NCBI GenBank assembly: GCA_965219575.1 | Contig: OZ244779.1 | Span: 1,804,769 to 1,868,768 of the forward strand | From: Candidatus Oxydemutatoraceae bacterium | GTDB lineage: Bacteria; Pseudomonadota; Gammaproteobacteria; Poriferisulfidales; Oxydemutatoraceae | Length of the DNA: 64,000 nt | Direction of reading: 5' to 3' | In this document: positions 1-12,319 of the stretch, piece after piece | How the letters are laid out: every line of letters starts with the position of its first letter | Position numbering within the stretch: the first letter of the stretch is position 1 | Notes under the pieces: generated by a model | Told to the model about the DNA's origin: nothing | The model's database searches: none | What the model saw: only the letters and a program-made list of their open reading frames with translations | Position numbers and translations under genes: made by a program

Positions 1-3000
1 TTGCCGTGAAGGTCCATACACCGGTCATGGTGCTGAAGTTGCCTATCAAGCCACTCATCGGTTCTATTGCAATATCGTGTGTCAATGTGTCGCCGTCGGC
101 ATCGCTGAAGAAGTCGCTGATATCTCGTTCAAACGGCTCGCCGACCGTTGCGATAATAGCTCGAATCGGCACCCGAGGTGTCGGTGGAGTATTGACAGCT
201 ACCTCCAAAGTACGACTACTGCTTAAATCTGTGCCATCTGTTGCGGTCACTTTGATTTCCGCTATACCCGCTTTGTTCGCTCTCAGTGCCAAGGTTACAC
301 GGGTATCCGACCCGATATCGCCAATCCGCTCCGGCATCACCGATACGATCGTTCGGCTCGACGATGCTGCCGTCAATGTGATACGATCGCCGAAGCTAAA
401 ATTACCATCCGATACACTAATCACTAGGTGTGCGGTGCTGCCCAGTTGTATCGGCTGTTCAGGTGTGGCAACAATCTCAAGTGCCGGGGCCACGGTGCCC
501 CCCACCTGCACCGTAAATTGTGCCGAGACCTCCGAGTTCGCTACACCTCTGCCGTCGTTCACCGTCACGGTAATCGTCGTATTGCCGGCACCGACACCGA
601 CAATCTCAAGCGTGCGGACATTACCGGTGGTTGCGATAATCGTTGCGGTTGCAATCATGCTGTCGCTACTATCAATTCTTACACTGAGACTATCTTCGGC
701 ATCGGCATCGTTTATCGCAATATCAAATTCGGTACTCAAACCTTCCAACAACCTGATGGGTTGCTCGGGAATACCGCTCAGCGTCGGTGCCGTATTGACA
801 CGCACTGGTATTTCTACACTATCGCTTAACCCACCGCGGTCGGTTGCGGTAAATGTGATTGTCGCTTCTCCGCTTCGCTCGGCACTAATTATAAAGGTTG
901 TAATCGTATCCGTGGTTATATCGGCAACTTGTGTCGGTGTCACCGAAACAATCGTTCGGCTTGACGACATCGCCTCCAGTGCGACGATATCGTCCAAATT
1001 GAAGTTATCATCCGCCACCGAGACGAATATATGAGCCGTACTATTGATTGGTAGCGTTTGAGCCGATGACTGTGTAATCATAATCGTCGGTGTAGTGTTC
1101 GCTTCCCGGGGGCTAATCATATAAATAGTAACCTCGCGATCGGCTTCGGTGACCGTGATGACTAATGCGGTGTTTGCATCTATAGGAATAGGCTCGCTTC
1201 GCCCGTCGCCACCTTGGTTTGCAAAATAATCGGTATCCTCGCCTTGTCTAACTATTTTGATCGTCGCATCGGTATTATAGGCTTTTAATCGCAGGGTGAT
1301 GTCACTAGTCCTAAAAGCAAAAAAACTTACAACATAATGGGCGGTTGTAGCCCCGAAAATTGGGGTCAATCTTGCACCGTGTGTCAATACTTCTAAATCT
1401 CTTAGACCTACGCCTTGACCCGACAACAAAATATCGCTATCCGCAGATTTGAGGATCGGATATTGGATGCTAGTACCGAAATCCCAGTCGCCGGTACTCC
1501 AGCCACTATATATCCCGGTTGCCGTTGTCGGTGATTGCAGTTCCACTAGGGTTTGCGTTGAACTGTTTGTGATAGTAGGAGAACCAGAAGAAGAACCGAC
1601 TAAGGTGTTAAAACCCGTCGCATAGCTATTCGTGATGGAACCACTAAAATACCAACCAACTAATCCGCCTACCCTGCGACCCCCTGATAAAACAGAACCC
1701 GTGGCATAGCTGTTCATGATGGAACCAACAGAATTTAAACCGACTAAACCACCTACATTATTATTTGCTTCAACAGAACCCATCGCATAGCTATTCGTGA
1801 TAGCACCCTGAGAATTATAACCGACTAAACCGCCTACCTCACTACTCCCTGAAACAGAACTCGTCGCATAGCTGTTCGTGATAGTGCCTCTATTAAAACC
1901 GACTAAACCGCCCACACTACTCCCTGAAACAGAACCCGTCGCATAGCTGTTCGTGATAGTACTACCAATATTCTCACCGACTAAACTACCTACATTAGAA
2001 CCCCCAATAATGTCTACATTTAGCAAACCAACATTAGCGATTTCAGCATCACTGTTCGTATAACCAAACAAGCCTATGTTCCTCGTACCACTTCTGTCAA
2101 TCCTAAGATTAGAAATCGTAAAACCATTGCCTTCAAACCTGCTTCTGAAAGCATTAGAAGAAGAATCCCCAAGCGGCTGCCAACCTGCTCTCGTAGTCCA
2201 TGTAATCCTATTGACTGTTGAGCTATAGCTGTCATCGTCGTTAAAATCTAAATCTCTCATCAATTCATAGCCCATGCATATATCATTAGGACAACCCTCG
2301 GTGCTTCCCGTCGCCGTCTCGGCGGTTGCCCTATAGCTCGTGCCGTCCAGTTGAAAGCGGATTGCATTTAAGGTTTCTAAATCGTTGATATCTATCAGCC
2401 CGTTGCCATCGGCATCTACGGCGGTACTCGCTTCCATTGGTGCCGTATTGACCCGCACCAATAATTCTACACTATCGCTTAACCCGCCGCTGTCGGTGGC
2501 GGTGAATGTGATCGTCGCTTCTCCACCTTTCTCGGCACTAATCATAAAGGTCGTACTCGTATTCGTGGTTATATTAGTAACTTGCACTGGTGTCACCGAA
2601 ACAATCGTTCGGCTTGACGACATCGCTTCCAATGCAACTATATCGTCCAAATTGAAGTTATCATCCGCCACCGAGACAACGATATGAGCTGTACTATTGA
2701 CCGATAGCGTTTGAGCCGATGACGGTGTAATCATAATCGCCGGTGCAATGTTCGCTCCTACTTGAGGGCTAACCATATGAATACTAATCATATAAATAGT
2801 GGTTCCGGCATCGGCTTCGGTGACCGTAATGACTAATGTAGTGTTTGCGTTTATAGGAATAGGCTCGCTTCGCCCATCACTGCCCTTGTTTTCAAAATAA
2901 TCGGTATCCTCGCCTTGTTTAACTACCTTAATCACCGCACCAGCATTATAGGCTTTCAATCGAAGGCTGATGTCGCTCGTCCCGGAAGCAAGAAAACTTA

Positions 3001-5809
3001 TAACATAATGGGTCGTTGTCGCCCCGAAAATCGGGCTCAATCTTGTACCGGATGTCAATACTTCTAAATCTCTTAGACCTACGCCTTGACTCGACAACAG
3101 AATATCGCTATCTGCAAATTTGAGGATTGGATATTGGATACTAGTACCGAAATCCCAGTCATCGGTACTCCAGTTATAGTATATATCACTGGAGGTACTG
3201 CTCGTGTCGGTCGCTACTTGCAATTGCTGTGTAGTTGCACCCCTACCACCGGAACTTGTCTGTATTCCGCTGGTACTTATATCCCAGTAGCTGTTTGTGA
3301 TTGTGCCGTCATTATCACCAACTAAACCGCCTACACGACCACCTCCTGAAACAGAACCCGTCGCATAGCTGTTCATGATGGTGCCTCCATTATAACCAAC
3401 TAAACCGCCGACGGAGAAATTACCACTCGCTGAAACAGAACCCGTCGCATAACTGTTCGTGATTATGCCTTGATTTCGACCGACTAAACCGCCTACAATG
3501 AAATCTCCAGGAACAGAACCCGTTGCATAGCTGTTCATGATGGTGCCGTCATTCCAACCGACTAAACCGCCTGCATTGCCATCCCCTGGAACAGAACCCG
3601 TCGCATAGCTGTTCATGATGGTGCCATTCAAATTATAACCGACTAAACCGCCTGCATTGCCGTCCCCTGAAACAGAACCCGTCGCATAGCTATTCGTGAT
3701 GGTACCGTCATTCCAACCGACTAAACCGCCAGCACTCGCACTATCACTCTCTAAAACAAAACTCGCCGCATAGCTGTTCGTGATTGTGCCACCACTATTC
3801 CGACCGACTAAACCGCCTGCAGTGCGGGTCCCTGAAACAGAACCCGTCGCATAGCTGTTCGTGATAATACCGTCATTCCAACCGACTAAACCGCCTACAT
3901 TGGAAGCACCCATGATATCTACATTTAACAAACCAACATTAGCAATTTCGGCACTACCTCCCGTAGAACCGAACAAACCTATGTTGCTTGTGCCACTTCT
4001 GTCAATCATAAGATTAGAAATCGTGAAACCGTTGCCTTCAAACTGACCGCTGAAAGCATTAGAGAGAGAATTCCCAATCGGCTGCCAACCGGCTCCCGTA
4101 GTCCATATAATTCTGTTGGCTATTGAACTATAGCTGCCATCTTCGTTAAAGTCTAAATCTCTCGTCAATTCATAGCCTCTGCATCCGTTATTAGGGCAAC
4201 CCATCGAAACCTTAGGCACCGTCTCACTCTCTCTATAGCCCGTCCCGTCCAGTTGATAACGCATCGCATTCAGTCTCTCTAAGTTATCAACCTCTATCAA
4301 ACCATCGTCATCCCTATCGACATCTCCGTTAAACTCATAATAATTAAGGTAGAGAGTATAAGTAATAGTCTGTGTTGTTTCACCACCATTCTCAACCTCA
4401 ATGGTGATTGTAGTTATCCCGTCTGTGTTTAACGAAATCATACCACTTTCATCACCACTAGCTATGGCTGGACTTCTAGTTTCTTCATCAGCCGTAATAT
4501 AAACCTTGGCACCGGGATTTAATGTTATCGGTCTGAATTGTATTGTGCTGGCACTACTAACTACCGTCCCTCTGTAGTTCGGCACTACCACATCAAAATC
4601 AGGCGACAGATTACCCTCCACTAATTGCAATTCACTCAAACCATATCTAAGTGCAGGCGACAACAAGCTACCGCAGACAGGTAAATCTGTTGTAGTATCG
4701 CCCACACGACGACATTCGCTAATATCTGTGTTAGGATTATCCGTATATTTGAGCACCGGGTATTGGACGCTAGTGCCGAAATCCCAGTCATCGGTACTCC
4801 AGTTATAGTATATCTCGGCAGAGGTGCTGCCCGGACCAGTTGCTGCTTGCAGTTCTACCGTGGTTTGACTCGTGCCACCGGCACTTGTCTCTATTCCACT
4901 GCTATTTATATCCCAATAGCTGTTTGTAGTAGTTCCGAAATTACGACCAACTAAACCGCCTACATTATCACCGCTCCCTGAAACAGAACTCGTTGCATAG
5001 CTGTTCGTGATGATGCCACCATTCTCGCCGACTAAACCGCCTACACCGAAATCTCCTGAAACAGAACCCGTCGCATAGCTGTTCGTGATGATGCCACCAT
5101 TCTCGCCGACTAAACCGCCTACACCGAAATCTCCTGAAACAGAACCCGTCGCATAGCTGTTCGTGATGGTGCCTCTATTCTCACCGACTAAACCGCCTAC
5201 ACTATTATTTCCTGAAACAGAACCCGTCGCATAGCTGTTCGTGATGGTGCCTCTATTCTCACCAACTAAACCACCTATCTGATTTCTCCCTTCAACAGAA
5301 CCCGTCGCATAGCTGTTCGTGATGGTGCCTCTATTCTCACCGACTAAACCGCCTACCCTATCGCTAAAACCTCCTATTATATTTACATTTAATAAACCCA
5401 GATTAGCAATTTCAGCACTACTTCCCGTATGACCAAACAAGCCTATTTCACTCGTGTCACTTCTGTCAATCCTAAGATTAGAAATCGTAAAAACGTTGCC
5501 TTCAAACTTGCCTCTGAAAGCATTAGAAGAATCCCCAATCGGCTGCCAACCTGCTCCCGTAGTCCATGTAATCCTATTAGCTATAGAACCATAACTGCCA
5601 GCGTCGTTAAAGTCTAAATCTCTCGTCAGTTCATAGCCTCTGCATCCGTCATTAGGGCAACCTGTCACAACTTTAGGTGCCGCCTCGCTCTCTCTATAGC
5701 CCGTCCCGTCCGGTTGATAACGTATCGCATTCAGTCCCTCTAAATCATCAATCTCTATCAAACCATCATCATCCCTATCAACATCACCGTTAAACTCATA
5801 ATAATTAAG
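1..5809 (-). pseudogene. Distal part of a giant secreted GLUG-repeat / cadherin-like / Ig-like surface protein, cut off from its N-terminus by IS1595; runs off the left edge
   Basis: The minus frame from 5809 reads LNYYEFNGDVDRDDDGLIEIDDLEGLNAIRYQPDG and is the same frame as MSGLIGNFSTMTGVWTFTA at 58-2. It holds three more GGLVG/NSYATGSVSG modules (~5800-4750, ~4330-3100, ~2420-1440) plus Ig-like repeats. The + strand ORFs here are antisense shadows. Confidence 0.85.
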
Positions 5810-6562
5810 GGTACTTGACTAGTTTAGGGACAAAATCCCACTCAAATATCCCTTACCATCTTCATTAGCATATCATACTTTTGGGAGGCTGAAAGGTGCC
5901 TGTGATTGAATCGCCACTCGCATTCTTTTAGATGAAGATGGAAATGTTTTCTCGACACGCCGCAGAACTTTGTTAATCTCCTTTTTGCCCATCCCCAAAA
6001 GTTTTCAATGCCATTGATATGTCTAGTACCACTGCCCAGTGTCTTTGAATGATTGATGCGGTAGTGTTTGTATCCATTCAACACCAACCCGCCATAAGCT
6101 CTCCATTTGTCTGTGTATATAGTACTCTGATGTCCCACTAAACGCTTGATAATAGGTCGTATCCCGCTCTTTGAAGCATTTCGTATCACCTGCGTATAGA
6201 CCTTCCCATCTCTTTTTAATATGCCGAATACCGGTACTTTGTTCGGTGCACCTCTACCTCTTTTGTCTCCCTTTTTGCGACCACCGAAGTAGGACTCATC
6301 CAACTCTACCTCGCCGGAGAATACGCTCGTCTTCTCGCAGTGTTGTGCAATTCTTTCTCGGATTATATTGACATATCTATTCACTGTATTTCTATTGACC
6401 CCGGCTGCTTGTGCGATTTGGGTTGCACTCAAATCAAGGGCAAAATACCTTACAATTTGCCTTATTTTCCTGTTTGAAATATGTGCCCCTCTAAAATGCC
6501 TGTTAGGTGTTGTCATTACTAGTTATTTTATCAAATCGTACTCCCTAAACTAGTCAAGTACC
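5810..6562 (-). mobile_element. IS1595-family insertion sequence (IS1016-like size, 753 bp)
   Basis: Perfect 21-bp TIRs GGTACTTGACTAGTTTAGGGA (5810-5830 / 6542-6562) and an 8-bp TSD TAATTAAG (5802-5809 / 6563-6570). Confidence 0.95.
5842..6516 (-). CDS. IS1595-family (ISXO2-like) DDE transposase
   Basis: N-terminal HTH; motifs ELDESYFGG, YTDKW, HINGIENFW, HLKECEWRFN. Confidence 0.93.
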   Translation of the reverse strand: MTTPNRHFRGAHISNRKIRQIVRYFALDLSATQIAQAAGVNRNTVNRYVNIIRERIAQHCEKTSVFSGEVELDESYFGGRKKGDKRGRGAPNKVPVFGILKRDGKVYTQVIRNASKSGIRPIIKRLVGHQSTIYTDKWRAYGGLVLNGYKHYRINHSKTLGSGTRHINGIENFWGWAKRRLTKFCGVSRKHFHLHLKECEWRFNHRHLSASQKYDMLMKMVRDI

Positions 6563-8727
6563 TAATTAAGATACAAAGTATAAATAACAATCTGTGTTGT
6601 TTCACCACCATTCTCAACCTCAATGGTGATTGCAGTTATCCCGTCGGTGTTTAACGAAATCATACTACTCTCATCACCACTATCTATAGCTATACCTCTA
6701 GCTTCTTCATCAGCCCTAATATAAACCTTGGCATCGGGATTTACTGTTATTGGTCTGAACCGGATTGTGCTTGTACTATGAACTACCGTTCCTCTGTAGC
6801 TCGGCAATATCACATCAAAATCAGGCAATAAATCGCCTTCCACTAATTGCAATTCACCCAAACCATACCTCAGTGCAGGCGACAACAAACTACCACAGAC
6901 AGGTAAATCTGTTGCAGTATCACTTACACTACGACATTCGCTAATATCCGTGTTAGGATTATCCGTATATTTGAGCACCGGGTACTGGCTATCAGTGCCG
7001 AAATCCCAATTCGTGTTACTCCATTCGTAATAGGGTTTGCCGGGGTCTGTGCCTTGTGCACTTTCTGCTTTCAATTCCACCGTGGTTTTACTCGTGCCAC
7101 CGTCACTTATCTTTATTCCGCTGGTATTTATATCCCAGTAGCTACTCGTGATAGTACCATCATTATTCCGACCGATTAAACCGCCTACACCATTACTCCC
7201 TTCAACAGAACCCGTCGCATAGCTGTTTGCGATGGCACCACTAAAATAATTCTGACCGACTAAACCGCCTGCATTGCCGTCCCCTGAAACAGAACCCATC
7301 GCATAGCTGTTCGTGATGGTACCGCCGTTCTCACCGACTAAACCGCCTACATTAAAACGATCCCCAATAACAGAACCCGTCGCATAGCTGTTCGTGATAT
7401 TGCCGCCCCTATTACCACCGACCAAACCGCCTACATAGTCATCTCCTGAAACAAAACCCGTCGCATAGCTGTTCGTGATATTGCCGGCACTATTATCACC
7501 GACTAAACCGCCTACACGACCACTCCCTGAAACAGAACTCGTCGCATAGCTGTTCACGATGGTGCCGCCGTTCTCACCGACTAAACCGCCGAAACCGAAG
7601 ATATCGAAGAAACCGCGAAGATCACTACTCCCTGAAACAGAACCTGTCGCATAGCTGTTTGTGATGGTGGCACCAAAACGATTCCGGCCGACTAAACCGC
7701 CAAAACCGGCTAAACGACCGAAACCGCCGAAATCGAAGAAATCGCGAAGATCACCACTCCCTGAAACAGAACCCGTCGCATAGCTGTTCACGATGGTGCC
7801 GCCGTTCTCACCGACTAAACCGCCGAAACCGACTAAACCGCCGAAACCGACTAAACCGCCGAAATCGCGAAGATTACCACTCCCTGAAACAGAACCCGTC
7901 GCATAGCTGTTCGTGATAGTGCCACCGTCATTCCTACCGACTAAACCGCCGAAACCGACTAAACCGCCGAAATCGAAGAAATCGCGAAGATTACCACTCC
8001 CTGAAACAGAACCCGTCGCATAGCTGTTCGTGATAGTGCCACCGTCATTCCTACCGACTAAACCGCCTACACTGCTACTCCCTAAAACAGAACCCGCCGC
8101 ATAGCTGTTCGTGATTGTGCCACCGTCATTCCTACCGACTAAACCGCCTACACTGCTACTCCCTAAAACAGAACCCGTCGCATAGCTGTTCGTGATTGTG
8201 CCGCCATTCTCACCGACTAAACCGCCTACCCCATTGCTAAAACCTCCGATTATATTTACATTTAGTAAGCCCAAATTAGCGATTTCAGCACCACCGTCCG
8301 TACGACCAAACAAGCCTATTTGACCTGTGCCACCTCTGGCAATCGTAAGATTAGAAATCGTAAAATCGTTGCCTTCAAACCAACCGCTGAAAGCATTAGA
8401 AAAGTCCCCGATCGGCTGCCAACCTGCTCCCGTAGTCCATATAACCTTGTTAGCTGTTGAACTATAGCTGTCATCGTCGTTAAAATCTAAGTTTCTTTTC
8501 AATTCATAGCCTCTGCAGATATCATTAGGGCAGCCTTCAGTAATCCCCGTCGCCCCGGCGGTTGCTTTATAGCTGGTGCCGTCCGGTTGAAAGCGGATTG
8601 CATTTAAGGTTTCCAAATCGTTGATATCTATCAGCCCGTTGCCATCGGCATCTACGACGGTATTAGTTTGAGCAACTATGTTCGTGCTGAATAGTGCGAG
8701 TAGAATAATCAACAAGAGGGTTTTCAT
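6562..8727 (-). pseudogene. N-terminal part of the giant GLUG-repeat surface protein (signal peptide, DxDxDG Ca-binding-like loop, GLUG module, cadherin-like beta-sandwich), truncated by IS1595
   Basis: Likely start MKTLLLIILLALFSTNIVAQ at 8727; many GGLVG-x-N-x-GTITNSYATGSVSG repeats; ends YTLYLN at the TSD. Confidence 0.88.
7810..7971. repeat. 18-bp in-frame tandem repeats encoding FGGLVG (x3 at 7810-7863, x2 at 7936-7971)
   Basis: Unit ACCGACTAAACCGCCGAA. Confidence 0.85.
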
Positions 8728-8779
8728 GGAAATTATATATATTGTAAATACTGGGATTGTACAGCCAATATGCACACAT

Positions 8780-9089
8780 GGGACTGTTGAAAAAGTACCG
8801 CTCTGCACGAATTCAACCGCTTTTCGCCACATAATTATCCAACCCACCTGTAGGGGCAGTATAAAGCCGCCGATTGAGCCGGTAGGTCAATCGGCAACTC
8901 TGATGTCTGCCCTTAAGTACCGTCCAGAATAACCGTAACCGCTTGTGCCATTTGGTTTTGGTTTCCATAAATCGGGTGGATGAATGTATAAATCGTGCCG
9001 ACCAACGCGTTGCGGGCGGACATGTCGTAGGGGCGGACTTACATGTCCGCCTGCCCCTACAGTCCATAAAATACTTTTTCAACAGCCCC
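8780..9089. mobile_element. MITE-like cassette with GGG(G/A)CTGTTGAAAAA termini and internal REP-like hairpins
   Basis: gggactgttgaaaaa ... ttttcaacagcccc, with ACAT on both flanks; contains GTAGGGGCGGAC..GTCCGCC and the GCCGATTGA..TCAATCGGC hairpin. Confidence 0.75.
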
Positions 9090-9432
9090 ACATACCATAA
9101 TAGAAAATATCTTACGGCTTTAATACTAGTTATTGTTTCTGAGCTCATTTTTCTCTATATCGTTTATCGGCACCCAACCCGACATGGTGTCAGGCGATTG
9201 CTACAAATAACCAAACTTAGGATACTCCCGTTTATTTCCTTATCGGGTGTTATATTCACGGGTCGCCCGACATGGGCAAAGTTTGGTTTTTGTAGCATGA
9301 GATATAATAGCATAGTTATAGAAAATTATTGTACATTTGCATGATGTTGTATTATGCCATGACATATTGAACAAATGTTGTATAATTGCTATCCAATATG
9401 GACAATGACCCCAACTAATAGAAATAAATCGA

Positions 9433-10704
9433 ATGAAGACTTTTGACAATGCAACCTGTCCGTTTTGTGCTTTGACATGCGATGACTTAAGCGTTAAAAG
9501 CAACAACGGTAAACTCATCGTAGACGAAGACTTGCCGACATTTTGCCGTGCGAGCTATGAAAACGCATCTCAAATCTCTACGACCAAACCTCGCTATAAA
9601 GGCAAAGAGATTACGCAAACCGAGGCTGTTGCCGAGGCGAGTAAAATGCTCAAACAAGCTAAACGCCCTTTGTTCGGCGGGCTGATTACCGACATACAAA
9701 CGATGCGTGCGTTGGTGCCTCTGGCTAGGCAGTGCAATGCAACCTTAGATCACTTAGACAGCGATAAAACTTTACGCAATCTTAGAATAATGCATGGTTT
9801 CGGCATCGTCGGTGCCACACTCTCGGAAATACATCGCCGTGCCGATTTGCTTATCTTTGTAGGCAGTCGTTTATTCGACGATTATCCACGATTACTTCAA
9901 AGAGTTTATAAGAATAAAACTCAAAAAAAATCGGTTTTAATCGGTCCTTGGCAACGCGAGAACATACCGGATATTTTGAAGGCGGATTGCGATATCGTGA
10001 ATACCCCACCCGAAGCATTCCCCGATGTGATACAAAAGCTCGGGATGTATATCGATAGACAATTCGAGCAACACGAGCAACACTCGAAAGCCGAGCCTCA
10101 AAACGATAAAGACGACGGCACGCTCTATGCAAAACTCGCAGCCGATATAGAACGCGCCGAGTATCCGGCTTTTGTTTGGTCGGCCAAAGATATGGATTAC
10201 TCGCATGCCGATCTAGGCATCCTGCTACTCGCCCGAGTAATCAAAAAAATAAACTTAAGAAAACGTTGCGTCAGCTTGGTATTGAGCGGTAATCGCGGTG
10301 CGGGTAACACGCAGAGCGTTTGTTTATGGCAGAGCGGTTATCCCGGGTGTCTATCGTTTAATTCGGAACAGGCATACTACAACCCGCTACATAACCGCAC
10401 GCCCGAAATACTAAAAAACCGCCGTGCCGATCTACTCGTTTGGATTGCTTCCATCCATCCCGAACCGCCGCCGCCGAGTGACTTGCCGACGATCGTTTTT
10501 GCACATCCTAAGATTGCCGAAGGATTAACAAACGATTTAGTCGTGCCGTGCGGTGTCCCCGGCGTAGACCATACCGGCTATAGTTATCGCACCGACGGTG
10601 TTATAATACTGCCGCTACGCAAACTGCGAGACAGCGCACTTCCGGCATTGCACGAAATGCTACAAGACATACAACTTCAACTGGGTCAACAAAATGATGA
10701 TTAA
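9433..10704 (+). CDS. fhcB: Formyltransferase/hydrolase complex subunit B (FwdB-like)
   Basis: N-terminal CPFCALTCDDL; C-terminal PGVDHTGYSYRTDGV; first gene of the BADC operon. Confidence 0.85.
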   Translation: MKTFDNATCPFCALTCDDLSVKSNNGKLIVDEDLPTFCRASYENASQISTTKPRYKGKEITQTEAVAEASKMLKQAKRPLFGGLITDIQTMRALVPLARQCNATLDHLDSDKTLRNLRIMHGFGIVGATLSEIHRRADLLIFVGSRLFDDYPRLLQRVYKNKTQKKSVLIGPWQRENIPDILKADCDIVNTPPEAFPDVIQKLGMYIDRQFEQHEQHSKAEPQNDKDDGTLYAKLAADIERAEYPAFVWSAKDMDYSHADLGILLLARVIKKINLRKRCVSLVLSGNRGAGNTQSVCLWQSGYPGCLSFNSEQAYYNPLHNRTPEILKNRRADLLVWIASIHPEPPPPSDLPTIVFAHPKIAEGLTNDLVVPCGVPGVDHTGYSYRTDGVIILPLRKLRDSALPALHEMLQDIQLQLGQQNDD

Positions 10705-12319
10705 ATTAACCGGCGGCAAGATTTACGATCCGCTCAACGGGGTCGACGGTACGGTTGCCGATCTTTATATAAAAGATGGAAGAATTATTCCGCCTCCGAA
10801 CGACACCGACAAATATACCGTATACGATATCGCCGGCAGCGTAGTGATGCCGGGGGCAATCGATATACATACGCATATCGGCGGCGGCAAAGTCAATATC
10901 GCCCGCTGTATGATGAACGATGTACACGGAGCAGGCTGCGAAGGCGATGCGCTCGACACTCACAATGCCGGTATCCGCTATGCCGAGATGGGATACACCG
11001 CCGGTTTCGAGCCGGCAATGCTCGCTTGCAATGCGCGGCAAGCGCACTTGGAGATGGCCGATACACCCTGCGTCGATACCGGTGCTTATATCATGGTCGG
11101 AAATACCGATTTGTTTTTGAAATTGCTGGCAACCAAAGCCGATCCCAAAACCATACGCGACTATGTCGCTTGGATGATAGACAAAACCCAAGCGATAGCG
11201 GTTAAAATAGTCAACCCCGGCGGCATCAACGCGTTCAAGTTCAATCAGCGCAAGCTCGATATAGACGAAGCCTCGGTTCCTTACGGTGTAACACCGCGTC
11301 AAATCGTGGAATGTCTGACGCGAACACTCAACGAACTCAATACACCGCACCCTTTGCATGTCCATGCCAGCAACTTGGGGGTGCCGGGAAATTATAGAAC
11401 GACGCTTGATACGATCAAGGCTGCCGACGGTTATCCGATGCATCTGACGCATATACAATTTCATAGCTACGGCACCGAGGGTGACAAACGCTTTTCGTCC
11501 GCTGCCGCCGAGATCTCCGAAGCTATCAACAACAATCCACATCTGACCACCGATGTAGGGCAGATTATGTTCGGTCAGACTGTCTCTACATCGGGAGATA
11601 ATATGATGCAATACGCACACCATCCGCATGCCTCACCGGATAAATGGACGGTGATGGATATAGAAGCCGAAGCCGGTTGTGGGGTGGTGCCGTTTCATTA
11701 CCAAGATAAAAAATTCGTCAATGCGCTACAATGGGCTATCGGCTTGGAAATTTTCCTATTAATCAAAGATCCGTGGCGTGTTTTCTTGACCACCGACCAT
11801 CCGAACGGTGCACCTTTCACGAGTTACCCGCACTTGATACGCTTACTGATGGATCGCAGTTATCGCATCGATATGTTCTCGAGATTACACCCCGAAGCCA
11901 GAAAAATGTCAACTTTAGACAGTATCAAAAGAGAATATTCTCTGTACGAAATTGCCGTAATGACCCGCGCAGCACCGGCGCGTAGTTTGGGGCTTCGCAA
12001 TAAAGGACATTTAGGGGTCGGTGCCGATGCCGATGTCGTCGTCTACATACCCTCGCAAAATGTAGAGCAGATGTTTGCACACCCGCGTTATGTATTCAAA
12101 AACGGGGAATTGATGGTCAAAGACGGCAAGGTAATAAAAATACCGCCTTCTTACACCCATGTCGTTAAACCCGAATACGACTCCGGAATTGAGAAAATTA
12201 TCAAGGCGCACTATGAAGACTATCGCACCGTCGGTTTCGAGAACAGTCAAATTAGTAATACCGAGATGGCCGAACAAATAGGCAGCCCTGTTGTCGAACA
12301 CCCATGTCGAACCCCATAG
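10694..12319 (+). CDS. fhcA: Formyltransferase/hydrolase complex subunit A (FwdA-like amidohydrolase)
   Basis: IDIHTHIGGGKVN, KIVNPGG, HVHASNLGVPGN, LTTDHPNG. Confidence 0.92.
   Translation: MMIKLTGGKIYDPLNGVDGTVADLYIKDGRIIPPPNDTDKYTVYDIAGSVVMPGAIDIHTHIGGGKVNIARCMMNDVHGAGCEGDALDTHNAGIRYAEMGYTAGFEPAMLACNARQAHLEMADTPCVDTGAYIMVGNTDLFLKLLATKADPKTIRDYVAWMIDKTQAIAVKIVNPGGINAFKFNQRKLDIDEASVPYGVTPRQIVECLTRTLNELNTPHPLHVHASNLGVPGNYRTTLDTIKAADGYPMHLTHIQFHSYGTEGDKRFSSAAAEISEAINNNPHLTTDVGQIMFGQTVSTSGDNMMQYAHHPHASPDKWTVMDIEAEAGCGVVPFHYQDKKFVNALQWAIGLEIFLLIKDPWRVFLTTDHPNGAPFTSYPHLIRLLMDRSYRIDMFSRLHPEARKMSTLDSIKREYSLYEIAVMTRAAPARSLGLRNKGHLGVGADADVVVYIPSQNVEQMFAHPRYVFKNGELMVKDGKVIKIPPSYTHVVKPEYDSGIEKIIKAHYEDYRTVGFENSQISNTEMAEQIGSPVVEHPCRTP

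Noticed and set aside
6-1034. 342-aa + strand ORF and other + ORFs up to 5617
   Set aside because: Antisense shadows of the giant minus-strand gene.
5353-5362. 10-nt match (CTACCCTATC) to the putative internal TnpB guide
   Set aside because: Too short, flanks mismatch, and plausible by chance.
5810-6562. This IS1595 as the mobiliser of the tnpB element and the zapE MITE
   Set aside because: Its TIR (GGTACTTGACTAG) differs from GGGAATTATA, so a different transposase is expected.
1500-8230. GLUG repeats as CRISPR or as a DGR template/variable pair
   Set aside because: The repeats are in-frame coding sequence, there is no reverse transcriptase in the window, and I see no adenine-specific mismatch pattern.
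8728-8847. N-terminal 40-aa extension of the 761-aa ORF
   Set aside because: It begins inside the MITE; the signal peptide starts at 8727.
9178-9276. Direct repeat CCCGACATGG upstream of fhcB as an operator
   Set aside because: Only two 10-mers and no supporting regulator or further copies seen.
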